Source: Marsupella aquatica (Eukaryota; Plantae; Marchantiophyta). Taken from it: 64,000 nucleotides of DNA. Below, piece after piece: positions 48,301 through 62,179 of the stretch. Where the stretch lies: contig OZ316898.1 in the NCBI GenBank assembly GCA_973895155.1, forward strand, positions 10,134,286-10,198,285. Direction: 5' to 3'. The notes beneath the pieces are model-generated. The model worked only from the letters and a program-made list of their open reading frames with translations. It was not told the origin of the DNA and made no database searches. Numbering within the stretch: position 1 is the stretch's first letter; every line of letters starts with the position of its first letter. The translations under genes were made by a program, and so were the position numbers.

Positions 48301-51300
48301 TTTATATTGCGTAACTATCTGACGATCTTGACAAGCATGTTGATGTGCTGATTTGGCTAAAAGTAGATGATCTCTTGGTCAACTATTATGGTTGACGAAC
48401 GCAATAAAATGGTTACATCCAGTAACCCAGACAGTAAGAACAGATATTCACAGAAGGCTTTGTGCATACCTGATTGTATTCGCCAGAAAGAAACTCATTG
48501 CACACGAGTGCAGTAACACCCCACTGAAGTGGACTAATGTAGTAAGCCCAGATCCACCAATGTGGAACCTTGTTTTTTGTGATCAGGAATCCAGCAAAAA
48601 GCAGAAAAATGATGATAGAAACGCCTGCAGAAGAACATAATATTTTTTCACGCAATAAATATTGAATTTTTTTATCAAGGTAGCCAAATTTAGGCTTGAT
48701 TGTTACTTCAAGGAAAGTTTCAGTTATATACCGTTGCAGAATAGGAATACTAAGGATCTTGGAATGATACTTCTTTCTCTTTCAAACAAAGACTACCCGA
48801 ATGGGGCAGTTAAAGATCTTAAATATTGTAAGCTAAGGGCATCGTTTTTCGATTCTGATTTCTTAGGATTGATGATACAATACAAGTTCCGATCTACCCA
48901 AGATGGAAGACACGACCACGTGCATGGTGTGTTAGGCTAAAGTGACAGTAAAGATTCAATCCACAGTAGTTCAGGGAGGCAAGTGACCTGCGAGACCGGT
49001 AGCACCTTCACGACTTCCACTTACAGATACTATCAAACGAACTAAGGCTGCGCCAGCAAGAGCTGATGTGAAGACAATAAACACGTACATAATAAAATGA
49101 ATCCCATGCTGCGCTGAACTGAGCCCCGTCAGCCAATATAGAAGTGGACAGTATATTAATGTCTGCAGTTCCAATTAAAAAATCAGTACCCAGAATTTCA
49201 TTAGATTGTAAGGTGGAGATCACGTATGCAGCCATCTGTTTAAACATCTCAAATTGGAGAATCTGAATACTAATATTTTTAGGAATTCCCATCAGTTGTT
49301 GGCTACAATTAATGCCATCTGTAACTGCTGCAAAGATTAAATGTTCTACAAACTCGGTAAATCGTCGAGCCTGAAACCCCTGGAGGGACAGTATATACCT
49401 CGAGAGCTGTGTATGGAATACCATTGAACGCAGATGCCAATACATATATTTGTGTGCGATAAAATCTGGCTGCGAACTGTTTTTCTACAACCTAAAGTTC
49501 AGTTCATGTTGGATTGTCAGACAACAGATAGCTTGTAAGAGTAGTGCTTAAGATGGATACATCTAGGCTGCAGAATAGTCTTTCTTAACCCTGAGCATAG
49601 AATTAGCTAAAAAATGAGTAGAATGGTCTTTTACCTGCCGAACATCTAGCTGTTGAGGAATCTGAGCGACAGTGTTCAGTGAAAGAGCCATACATGCCAG
49701 GAAAGCAAGAGACTTTTTCAAGTCCATTGATGCTTGTTCGTGAGACGGAGACACTCGGTAAAACAGTGTTCCAGTGAAAACTGCTATAATTAGAACCTGC
49801 GCATTGGGAATCAACTTATATTTAGCTTTAGAGCAAGCTTAGCTAGCTATTTTTACTTTTCGTAAATGTTTCCTTTCTAGCCAAATTTCAGTGTCCCTTG
49901 ACGATCATGCCATCAATTATTTCCCTCAAGATATTCGTTTATTCGTACCTCCAAATATGTTGCGCCACGCGATCTCTCACGTTTCGATGATATCAAATTC
50001 AAGACTTACTTATCTGTATTGACCATTCAGTCACAACTGTACGGTGCCCGCTCAAAGTATCTAAAAATGAGACCAAACGACGCTGCTGCCATGCAGGATA
50101 TTTGCAAACTTAATCTTCACAATGGCCTTCCCATCGAGGACCATGAAGTTCTATGATCAACTCTGCCTAATTGTGCTGTTTGCATTAAGATAGTAAAGTT
50201 TAATCCCTACTCAGACATCGAGATCTGCCCAGACAGATCTTACACGGGCCAAGCAGGTTTCAAAATTGGAACACTTTCGTCTACTTTGGTTAGAGAGTAA
50301 GCCAAGAATAGCCTAAATAATGTAAAGGGCATTCCCCCGAAAGGACATGAGAAAGAGCATAAGCTCACAAATACCTGCAAATTTCTGGCAATAAGAAAGC
50401 TTGTGTTTCGGATTGTTAATTTGGTCTGCCTTGCAAAAACTGTTTTTGCAGAAGCCTTCCAATCCTCTACATATTCCTTTTCGAATATATTTCGTGAATT
50501 CTTTGCCTGCTTTTCAAGACGTGCAATTATCCTTTAGAGAAAACTAGTCTGCAATACTTCAATGAAGCGAACAGAAGGCATTTGATAGTTTCCTTGATAC
50601 GTCCAGCTATGCACACCTCGAAAGCGTTTTGGTCAGCGTACACGATGCTGAGAGAAGACCCTTGCTCACAGACTCAATTGGACGGAAGGGCATAAGCACA
50701 AGATCCAAAGAATCATTACCTCAAGTAAACCACGCTCAAGCTGCAAACGAACTGTCCCTTGGATTTCAGCCACTTTGTTCACCACTTCTTCTGCAACAAA
50801 ATCACCCTCAGGGATTCCTGCTACATACTCAAGTCTGCTATTGCTGCCAAGCACTCCCGTTACAATATCTCCTGCCTTTACTTTTGTGGTCTGCTGGATG
50901 GAGGGAGTTGCTAGTGCTCCTCTTTCCTCAACTTCAAAAACTTCGACACTAACCTTGTCACCTGTATAAATCGTAGTACGCAACAAATGAAACTCCCGGA
51001 ATGATTCAGCCATCGAAACACATGTGGATTGATGGTAGGAATTGCACGATTGTTTGAGCAGTTAGGCAGCCTTCTCAAGAAAGACACTGCGGAAATTTGG
51101 CACTCAACGGGTTAGAGGATTCTTTGTTGACGACAAACGATATTGGAAAGCACTATTAACGAATTCAAGTGCATTTCTGTAATACCTTACCGAGCCTGCT
51201 GATCGCCTTATCACGAAGTTTCAAACCCAAAGGCTTCGGTGCTTCAACCCACAACTCTTGGACGTTCTGTGTGGGGATCGATCAAGGATTAATAGCTGGC

Positions 51301-54300
51301 AATTCAAGCTGGCAATTCAAGAGACGGAGCCCAGTTTAACTTGCTTAGGAAATCATAAGAGTTTTAAGTCTATCCCTGAGAACTTGTAGGGTAGTTTAGA
51401 ATTGAGTGACAATGCAGAGAGGTAGTGGGATGTCTCGGTATCGTTAGGACTCGAAGGTGCTTTGAAATATCTCTTTAAATTGAAAAGATAGTGTTCGGGC
51501 AGACGGATAGGGAACAAAGAGAAGCTGAAGACAGTGTGCTGCACACGATATATTCCAATGAGCAGAATTATGCAATTGTGCCTCAACAAATTTATGAAAT
51601 AATCAGTCCACGTCACAACACCTGACATGGTGGTTGAGGAAGCAAATATAATGAGCTTAATTCTGTAGTTTCATTCTTGCCATTTCACAGAAACAAGTTA
51701 CAGAGACCTCACGGGCAAAAATATCACCTTGGTGCTGTTAACTATCCTTAGCACGTCCCTGTGTAGATCAGAATCCAGATATGCCTCAACAAATCCATCA
51801 GTAGTCAAAGGGGTATACCCAGACTGCAGAAATTGCAAACCATCTGGTGTGGTTACCTCCTGCAAGAAATCAGCTACATCCACATGTTTGGGTTTCACAT
51901 ATCTGCACACAAACTCAAAGCATGTCACTAGTGCCCAACTTTTGATGCGCAGATTTGGACTGCGGACTTTGAAATACAAACTTTTAATTTTTTTTCTTCA
52001 ACATAACTTATTCGCAACGTTGCGATCTGTAGAGGTCACCTTACTTCTAGGAGGTCTTACCCAAGCTCAGCAAAATACGAGACCACATCTGTCGTTGGCC
52101 CTTGGTAGATAATGCAGCCATCATGCATAACAATGAGCCTACAAATTCCGTTAAATTTTTTTGTCAGGTCCAAAATGTACATAACCAGTAACGCTTCAAA
52201 GTAAGTTAGTTTTCAGTTTACGGTCTGTGCTTCTCCTACTCCTTAAAGCATCTACGCAAGCCTGGTGTACTGGTGTATACCGATCAAATAGGTCGAAAAC
52301 CTCAGGCGAAGGCTGCAAGAGTGACAGGAGGACGGTATTTTGTCTTAGCCTTGAAATAATCTTCAATGCTTGGACTATATCAAATGTGGCAGAACTGTCA
52401 AGTCCAGTACTAATCTCATCCAGTAGGAAAACACCATACGTTCCTGCAAGGAATAAAAGTCCCCTTTAAATAACAACAAGACGAGGCCACTTAAATTTTG
52501 TCTTTCCATTCCTGGCGTTGACTATGAATTTTGGATACCACCATGGATTGAATTCGTGGAGCTTTACAATCCAACTTTTACTGATTCTGGGCGCAACGAA
52601 CCAATAGCTTTTACTGTGAAAAGTACCAACAATCATCTCTGCTGTGGTTACACGATGTCGTTCGCCACCACTGATTCCACGAACAGTTGCACTGCCAACA
52701 TTAGAATCAGCGACCGACCGCAGCCCTAGCAGGTGTAATGTTAACTCGAGCGGCAAGTCTGTACCTCCAAGCTCGTCCACCATCTGCGAGAGACTTAAGT
52801 TCAGAGCTGTTACGACAGAAATTGTTGTTGAAAAAACATTCGACAGATTTTGTAGCTTGAGAAAAATAAATGCCACGTGAATAGCCGAATTCTTAGTGCC
52901 GCACCTTCGTAATCTCAGCACCCTTCTTGGATTCTTGAGGAAACAAGCTCGCACACTTGTATGCAAATTCGACAGTCTCGCGAACTGTAAGCGAGGGAAG
53001 ATGCCTGTCAGTCTGTCCAATGAAAGCAGCAACACGCCTCGGTTGTATCTCATCAAGGCCCTTCCCGTTGTACGTCACTTTACCACTGAGGAAAGTCGTC
53101 TTATTCAAGAAAAGCCTGCCTCCGATTGCCTTGTGCAAACTGCTCTTTCCTGACATAATGTAAGTACAAGACAAGTCGAATGCTCATATAAGGCACATCG
53201 AATAATCATGCTGTGTTCTCCTTGATCTCTTGACAAATTATGGAAGAGTCCGACGATCGACCCGCCTATAAGAACAATTTTTGAGTTATATTGCCTTGGC
53301 TCAAAAGAAAACTCAGTTGCAGAGAAAGAGACCTCACAGTGCCTAGACGCCTTATCACTTGAAGCAGAAATACACATCGAAAAGGAGAGAAACCGATGCC
53401 ACATCACGGCTATGTTTGAGGATAGACTACCACACAAAATAATAGAACCTTGGGCTCTGATTACTCTATTTGACATTCTAGCTGAGGGAGAGCTGAAATG
53501 AGTGTGAAGCAGGACAATTTCTTGTAACCTGTAAGGCACATTCTCTAAAGGGAATCTAGCTGTCCACCTTACCACATCCAGGAGGGCCACAGACCAGCGT
53601 CAACGTTCCTGGCATTAGATATCCAGTACAGTCTTGGAGGATTGAAAACTTCGTTGGTGTCTGCTTTGCAGCCAAGCAGGGCATGAAGCATCGCAGGACC
53701 GTAGAGCCTACTGTCTCATATCCTTCTTGTGCTGGTAGCAGCATTGTGTGGTACGAGATGTCTTTAAACTTTACGACCTGCAGGGTGCGCCGATATTAGC
53801 GGCAAGGACAGGAGGGGCTTTCGTGTATGACATGCATGTCAAAGACCAGCTACAGTTCAAATCAGAGTCCTTCGTGACAACGAGTTGTGACTTACTTTCG
53901 ATGGAGCTCGGTCACTTTTGGGCCGGACCATTCAGTGTACGGACGAGTAACGAATTTGGAGGCAGTTAGATATCAAGCAAGGTAAAATCATTCTATTGCT
54001 CTAGAAGTTTCAAAAGCCCCAGAAAATTCGAAGCGCAACAGAACCCCGGATTGAACCTATCGAAACCATTCGTTTCTCTTAGAGTTTGAAACGCCTCAAA
54101 AAGAATTATAGTGAAATTTGAGACGATAAGTAACAGATTACTCCGAATCGAATCTATCAGATAGACGACTCAAACTCTTCATTACGCTTTTACCTGAGGC
54201 GGCAGTGGTGGCAGGAATTTATTCAATTTGAGAAGAAACTGCAGTAGGCCATCCTTCAGAAGCTTGTCTATGCCCGTGTCCGCAGTTTTCACTGCTTCCA

Positions 54301-55672
54301 CTAATGCCCGAGGCAATTCCACGTGCTTAACTGCCTATCAAATCGGCAATGAAACAGGATGAAATCACCCTCTCAGTCGTTAGAAGCCGACAACAGTTCA
54401 ATTTACTGCCCTGATGGACACAACGAGAAGTGAACAGTGGTACTAAGATTGGAGTGAGTGCCGGAATGAGGGCAGGGACTTGGGTTGAACTCCAGGACTT
54501 CGAATTGACAACCCAAGTCCCTGCCCTCATGCTCAACTTCCCTCTACAGTGGAATTACGTCATGTGCCTAGCGCAGAGGAGGAAGCTTTAACATAGCCCA
54601 AACATTGCCTGAGAATTGGGCCATTTGCAACTGAAGTTTCGCATCCCATTTTCGTCGCAACTGAAAAATGAGAAAATACAATTAAGCAGTTCATATCGGT
54701 TCTACGATGTGTTGATCTTTTCCCTCTCATTGTTGATTAGGAGCTACAAAAAGAGACAGGCTCTCTCGGTAATGCCTCGGTGGAGAACTAATTGATTCTG
54801 TCCGAATCAATGATGAACAGGTATAATCATATTTCCTGGGCTCGGCAGCATGCTGTGTTAACCCACGACACTGAGATGGGACTGGTTGAGAGTCCCCCCT
54901 CAAATGCACACAGATTCTCCCATTCCAATTTTTTGGAGAAACTTTCATAGAAGACCCTAAACCGACACACGAGCGGGGAGTTTGAATATCGAGCTGAAGC
55001 ATATCTGAAGATCCAGCTATCTACGAATGAATTTCAAAAAGCATTTCACTGCCTATCTAGCAATCCGATGCGCGTCCATGTGATACAAAAGCTTCTGGAT
55101 GAGGGGCTCCTGTACTTCATGGTCCAATAGGCAATCCTGTTAGGTAAGTGAATAATGTTTACGAAGGCATCCAGAAGCTGAGATGGAAGTTCGGTGCCTA
55201 CAGTTCAATGAGCGAGCGGGCTTTTCGTAAATTAAATAAATTGGAGAAAATGGGCGTCATATATTACCGATTCGAGAAGTCTATTTGCTTCCCTGGTGCG
55301 TCCCAAGCCTACCAACTCATTGTAGTACTGCAACACGAGGTCCACGAGCTCGTCTTTGTTTACAGTCAACAGCCTGTCTTTCATTTGAGAAACCGGGGCA
55401 TCTGGTGCGTCGTCAGGCAAAGCAGGGCTCGGGAATTGCTGAGATACAATACACTTTCCTCTAATGTCTGCAGAAGTCGCCCCCGGATGCCAGCTTCCCC
55501 TCCTTTGTGCAGTTGGCTGAGGAATTGTGGTTGCATAGCTAAGCTCTCTCGGCCGAGCATACCAGTCTTTCAAGCTTTCTATGAAGAACCGGGCTTCCTG
55601 CGGTGTGGGTGCTAATGTGAGGCTTGACTTCCTCGGCTCCGTGACAGCATCCTCTTCTGACTTGTTTGCCAT
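42370..55672 (-). CDS. Full-size ABCG (PDR-type) transporter, NBD1-TMD1-NBD2-TMD2, many exons
   Basis: NBD1 [20 protein letters not shown] and [14 protein letters not shown]2 [30 protein letters not shown] and CTIHQPS. TMD exons [10 protein letters not shown] and [13 protein letters not shown] at 55672; ends RFDKR*. Confidence 0.92.
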
Positions 55673-56782
55673 TTCTCCGACTTTGGAGTTGAATCTACGG
55701 TAATTGGAAGTAGAAACAGGTTGTTCCAATAATTACATCTCCAATCTCGTCGTTGTTTTGACTGGAGAAGAGTCACATTGAATTTTGAATCTGAGTCGTG
55801 ACAGGGCCATCGGACGACAATTAATCAGACAATACCCATTGTTTGGTTTGAGTGAAATTGATCTTCTGTTCAAAGTAATTGTTCAATAGAGCAGAGCGTC
55901 TCTCGACTGAAAAGAACGTCACTGGATGAAATGTGAGGACCGACGATTCTATTAAATGCAAACAGACTAAAGACCTATTTGCAAAACAGACGAAGTGGAT
56001 AGGTTTGTTTACACATTCATGCTTTGAGGATTACAGAGCAATGACACTTTCGAACGCGAACGCGACATTTTTCACGACTACTCAAACAACTGGCGAGGCA
56101 AACCTTCAAATGAATTAGGTGTATTATTTACGCGTTGCCGTCCATCGGACGTCCTCGAGATTTCTATTCCGAATTCCTTTTCACACCATACGCCGGAACC
56201 CTAACCTGCAGTCGTGCTTTACATTTTCGGGCAATCAAAATCTGTACTAATTTAGCATGCCTGGCTTCAAGAAGTGGTTCAATGTTGCCATAGCTTCCAC
56301 TCCAAGAACTAGGTATCCCATTATTGAGCGCCGCAGGTAGTGGGCGTAAATTGAGGACAATGTGGAAGTGCTCCTGGCTCCCTTCCGCTTCTTTTCCCCT
56401 GCCTTATTTTACCATATTCTTGCCGCAGTCAACCATTCATGATTTGGCGGATTCCATTATAGATGTAGGGAGAAAGCTCTGGATTCTTGGAATGCTGCAT
56501 TAGCTCGAAATGTATCGGATGTGTGCGTACTCTGGCGTGAACATCTCAACTTCTCTTCAGCACTTTCTGCATCATATGGAGGCACAGAAGTAGTCGAACA
56601 TGCTATCGATATGGTGCACTTCCTTGCCGGAGGAACTCACTGTTGTGCAGGTAAGTATCAACCAGACACAAGCACAATTTGATGCAAGAAGGAAAATCAA
56701 GCAAAATCCTTACAAACACAGCACATGAGCCAACCTCAAGTGAAGGTGAATCCCGGTTAAGAGCTCATAGGCAGGCGAGGTA

Positions 56783-57165
56783 CTGCAGCTTCTTTGCAAA
56801 GGGACAGGATTTCTAAAATTGCTGAAAGGTAAATCGATCGTCTGTTCTGTAGCTTCGTTGCAGAGGGACAGGATTTCTAAAAATGCAGAATGGAAAATTG
56901 ATAGTCTGTTCTGCAGCTTCATTGCAGAGGGACAAGATTTCTAAATTGCTGAATGGAAGATTGATAGTCTGCTCTGCAGCTTCTTTGCAGACGGACAAGA
57001 TTTCTAAAGTGCTGAACGGCAAATTGATCGTCTATTCTGCACCGTCTTTGCTGGGGGACAAGATTTCTACATTGCCGAATGGAAAATTGATAGTCTCTTC
57101 TGTAGCTTCTTTGCAGAGAAACAAGACGTCTAAATTGGTGAATGGGAAATAGATCGTCTGTTCAG
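56783..57165. repeat. 63-bp minisatellite, about 6 copies (21-aa period; LRR-like on the - strand)
   Basis: Unit resembles CTGCAGCTTC.TTGCAGAGGGACAAGATTTCTAAATTGCTGAATGGAAAATTGAT.GTCTGTT. Confidence 0.85.
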
Positions 57166-57334
57166 AGCAGTTGTTCTACTGAGCGTCTCAATGTTTGGTC
57201 TTGTGCTTAGGTGTCATGCTCCATCTGAGCGTCTATTTTAAAAATAAACTTTACTAAATTCACAACAATTTAAAAATAAATAAAAATATCAACATATAAA
57301 TAAAAATCTATGTTGTTGGCCACTGTATGTTACT

Positions 57335-58235
57335 ATTTTATTATAACAGACTGCCAAAGAGCAGGAGGCGCTGAACCTGGAGACAGGATCCCACACGCCA
57401 AAAAACCCAATCAAGGGAAAACAAGAAAAAAGGCCAGAAGGCCAAAGAGCAAAATCAAAAAAGACCAGGCACAAGCCCAGCCCAAGGAGAACAAAGGACA
57501 CACAACCCTAAAGACTACCCAACGGCAAAGTGAAGGGCCTGATAAAGCTCCGTTGTGAACTGCATAGGGGGGTCAAGCAATGGAATCCGACTAGATGCCC
57601 TGACTCCAACAGTCTCTCCTCTACAAAGGATAGTGAAGGCCTGTGCTCGCTGAAGTGCAATGGACACCCGCTGTCTAAAAAACGCACTGATAACAGAGAC
57701 GGGTGGATAAGGCCGCTGCTCGACATAATGAACCGCACAGGAGCGCAAGGAATGGTCAAAAGTCGGGTGCAGCGCTCCAAAGACCTCCACGGCAAACGGG
57801 TAGAAAAGGTCCTCTGGGTAACGCGTAGCATAAGCCTCCTCCTTGAGGCGAGCAGCCCTCGTGGCAGCATGACCTGGGATATGGGCAGCGGAAGCCAAAT
57901 TGGGTCTACTTGTGGGGTCAACAACAACCACATCCCCAAGGGCACGAACACCAACGCGAGAGAAAACCAAATCAGCCCGACGCCTGTCCGGAACTCCATC
58001 CCGGGGTGGTAACACATGTCGTTGCTCCATCATAACATGATACTCGAAATCACAAGCGATGGCGGCGACCACATCCCGTATGTCATCGTGTGTCGCCGTC
58101 CGCTCACTGCCATGACCACATCGTAGGATATGGATTCCCCCCCTATCCAAGGGCGCTCCACAAACGCATGTGGGTTGCCCAAGGAGGCATGGGTGGGGAA
58201 GACCAAGTCGGAGACGCATGGAAGTGGTGAAGACT
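57335..58235 (-). mobile_element. 5'-truncated RLE-type (CRE/NeSL-like) non-LTR retrotransposon
   Basis: RLRLGLP, CVCG..HILRC (CCHC knuckle), THDDIRD, RRADL, GDVVV, KEEAY, FYPFAVEVFG and QRVSIALQR mark a restriction-like endonuclease C-terminus. The 3' UTR follows the stop at 57515. Confidence 0.85.
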
Positions 58236-59009
58236 GAGAAAATTATTGAGAAAACTACTGGTACCACAGAAAAAGTAGGCGCATAGCAGAGCAATGTGTG
58301 TAGTAATTGCCAAACCCACACACAAGACCCCAAAGGCAGGACACCCAATAAAAAAAGGGGAGATATATATATTTCTTCTTCCATCTTTTTAAATGGACCA
58401 ATGTTTGACTAGAAGCTTCCATAAATCACACAATGCCAATAGACTATTTTCAAATGTTGGTTTAGGCTTAATACTCCACTAGGTTTTCCATTTGTGCACC
58501 TTTATATCTCACTACTACTAGGTCCCTAGGCTTCAAGTCTCTTGACTGTAATTTCATAGTTGATCATGTAATACTCATGACTATGATATATGTCAAATGA
58601 TAATTATATATAGTTTTATAATTATTTTATTTATATTAAAAATGAGCTTTACAGCCCCACCATAACATATGTGCATAGAAAGAAAGATGTGTATAGAAAA
58701 ATATGCTTATTAAAATGAGACATGCATGATGGTTTTTTCATTTCATTAGCCTTCCAAAAATGTGAATAAATGATATATTTTGATGACATTTTTATTGTCC
58801 TCCTCGCTATTCATGTTCAAAGAAAAATTAATCAAGACACATCTTTATACAAGACTTTGGTATTGAAAGTTACTATGTCTTATAGAATACAGTGAAGCAA
58901 TGTAGGTACTGGCCTAAATACCCTATCCAAAGGTGCACATGAGGTTCCAGAGTCTCTAGACAAATTTCTATTGCATTACATCAGTTCATTTGCCATAGTG
59001 TGGGACTCT

Positions 59010-59160
59010 CAGGCTTTTGGCTAGTAAGTCTTCCAGGGTTTGCCCTTTGTTCTCTCCCCTTGATTGGGTTTTCTGCTTTTGGGATCTTGTCTCCAAGTTT
59101 GGTCCTTTTTGTGCTTTGGCAGTTTGGGATATTTACATTCATGATCATGATCATGATCAT
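59010..59160 (+). repeat. RLE-LINE 3'-UTR fragment followed by a (CATGAT)n tract
   Basis: CCCCTTGATTGGGTTTT...TGGGATCTTGTCTCCA...CTTTGGCAGT matches the reverse complement of 57349-57418. (CATGAT)3 lies at 59140-59160. Confidence 0.65.
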
Positions 59161-60891
59161 TTCATTATGCACTTCAATCTAGTCTTACTTAATCAACACC
59201 TCCCATATAAAAGCCCCATTCCCTAACTCACTACTACTACTCAATCTTGTTTTGTGGTGAATAGTAACTCACTACAAAGGTGGAGCCCAAATCCATTCCC
59301 AGTGAAAACTGAACCTATGCAATTTATAATGAGAGCTACTACTTAACAACAGCTCTTATATGTGCAGTTGTGATTTAAAATGAAAACTAGTATGTGGGTC
59401 CAGCTCAATTCTTTTTTGGGTGTATCGTGCATGCAATAGAGTGTTGTGTATGGGCTAGATCACATTGTCAAAGTGCATTCAAAGAAGTGTTCTATATATG
59501 TAGGCTAGATCAGATTGCCAAAGTGCATTGAAAGGAGCGTTATAAATCTGTCGTTTTAAATTCGCGTGCATAAAATTTAATTTTGGTAAGAATGACATCT
59601 AAAGCTCATCTATAATAATAAGAGGATGCCACAAGAAAAACGATGGCTTGGATTGAATCACTAGTTGTAAATATCTATGATATTATCTTGGGCAACTTAG
59701 TTTGAAGATTCAATTTGTTAATACATGCTAATAAAACAAAATTTTCATCAATGTCCTAATGATTATGGCAAGTGGAAACAAAGACAAAAACCATAAGTGT
59801 AGAATCATCATAGGTGTTGGAGAGAGAGGTCATATAGACCAACTTTCATGGGACTATGAACACTTGTTTTCTTGCATGATGTGGATTATGTAATCAATTG
59901 TACTTTATGATGTTATTTTGTCTTATTATTAAATGTAGCTTTCTCCATTATGTAGAGATTATAACTAACAAACTGAACAAAAATAGGTTGGATAGGAGAA
60001 TTAGTGATGTTGTGTTCAATATTTAGGGACTAATTTGTTGTGCTGGTGGAGGCTGATTGGAGGTTGAACTCATGACTCTTTTGGTGTGCCTAGGGTGATC
60101 ATAGTGGGGTTTAATAGCATACTTCAGGCTACTGTAGGTGGGAGTATGGTTTACAGGAGACATTCAAGATGCGTACATCAAGTGGTAGAGTAATTTTTGT
60201 ATGGCTCTCATCATGTGACCCAGGTAGGTTTGTAGCATTGCATGTTTTGTTTAATAATTACAGTTTGTATGGATTTTATTAGTTGTGAAGTGGCCCAATG
60301 TCCTTTCAATTCAATGGTTGAGCCCCCCTCTTCACCCTTTCTTGAGATGAACATTTTACTCTTGGTTGCTAGACAAATTTGGGAGAGTTTATGAATCAAT
60401 TTTATAATCAATAGCAAGCTCAACTTTTTGACAACACTTGAAATACAGGTTTGCCTTCTTTCTCTTCTCTCCTTATGGTCCAGAAGTGTGATTGCTAATG
60501 TATTTTCTGATAAAAACATTTCAAACATTTGTTCAATTCCAAGATGTCACCGTAGTCCATTGATTTGTGATAATTATTTCTAGATAAAAGAAAGTGAAAA
60601 GTTCTAATTTGCAACATCTGATATTCAGATTTAAACTTAGTGAACTGTTTGACCTGGAAATTGGAGTTTCATATTTTACTTGTAAATACTTTTTCAAATC
60701 TTGACAACTGAAAGATGTAAATATTGATATTCTATCTAAGGAACTTTGCTACAAAGAAAGGCATAAGAAGACTTTAGATTGAGAGTTATTTCCTTTTGAA
60801 ATTCCTTTTCCAATAGAAATAGCAAAAACAAGATCAACATTTGATACTACTCTTAACATAACATTGTCTTTACGTTAAAAATTAAGAAGAT

Positions 60892-61258
60892 CACAAGGTA
60901 AGGCATCTTGGTGCCCACATCCGGAAGGTTGGTGTACTTTTTGACCCCAATTATAGCTTTAAACTTAATAAGGTTACAAGTTAAGGCATTCTGGTGCACA
61001 CATTCGCAAGGGTCGGTGTACTGTTTGACCCCAATTGTAACTTTAAAATTAATAAGGTTACAAGTTAAGGCATTATGGTGCACACATCCGCAAGGGTCGG
61101 TGTACTGTTTGACCCCAATTGTAACTTTAAAACTAATAAGGTTACAAGTTAAGGCATTATGGTGCACACATCCGCAAGGGTCGGTGTACTGTTTGACCCC
61201 AATTGTAACTTTGAAATTGATAAGGTTATGAATTAAGATATTAAGGTGCACACATCCT
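60892..61258. repeat. 84-bp tandem repeat, about 4 copies
   Basis: Unit GGTGTACTGTTTGACCCCAATTGTAACTTTAAAATTAATAAGGTTACAAGTTAAGGCATTATGGTGCACACATCCGCAAGGGTC. Confidence 0.92.
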
Positions 61259-62179
61259 TAAGTAGGCTTAGCGTAACTGAGATTGGGTTATGACAAAATT
61301 GTCATATCAATATATATTTAACTCACAATTTGGAGCTAAGTTTGAGCTCCAACTTTAATACTAGATTCCCCCAACTTTTCTCTATCCCGTAGAGAATGTT
61401 CAGCCCATTTGGTTGAGTAGAACAAAAATGAATTTGTTTTAGAGATCCATGTTTATTTTGGCTTCAACTTAGTTGACCCACATTACTGGCCCATATTTAA
61501 TAATTACTCTTTTCCAGTTTTGAGTGACAACTATCATAGATTTGACATGCATTATACTTCTCACACACATTACTATTCTTGCACGTGCTTCCATTCTCAC
61601 ACACATGACAATTTTTACATAAGCAACTTTATTGTGCATCAACCCACCTTGCACAACTCTCATCATTGATCAACAAACATCAATGGTTAAGACTAGCTTG
61701 TCATCTTATTTTATTACCCAAAGTACTATCCAAGTTTTTGTTTAAATTTGGCATCAAAGAATGTGTATCATTCTTGCAAATGAACCCAACATTTTCTTCA
61801 CAGTTGCCACACGAGTGTCTTGAATGGTCACACGAGTGATACAACATGTTGCGCAATCTCCACCATTGATAAGTAAAATCCAACGGATAAGAATGAATAG
61901 ATGACGTGGAATTTTCTCTGAATTTATAAATTTGCAAGAGTCTCTAATTGGACCCGTAAAAATGAAAATATAATTTAGATAGGTATAATATATGAACAAG
62001 TATATAACTTACAAACATAATCCCCCAGGCCAGGGCCTTACATTTTTCTGTGCCCTCAGGCAAGGAGTTGGGTCCCAGATATAGGCCAGAGTTGACACCG
62101 AGGAAGGGCCTTACTTTACACAGAAGTAAGTTGGGACAATAATGGTGTAAGGTTGTAAGTATGTAATGAAAGACCACAC

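Noticed and set aside
58236-58384. N-terminal part of the 289-aa ORF as a real protein start
   Set aside because: It is flanking sequence, including another LINE 3'-UTR fragment, that happens to be in frame with the truncated LINE.
59600-60540. Possible retroelement or transposase remnants in AT-rich DNA
   Set aside because: Too degraded to support any motif call.
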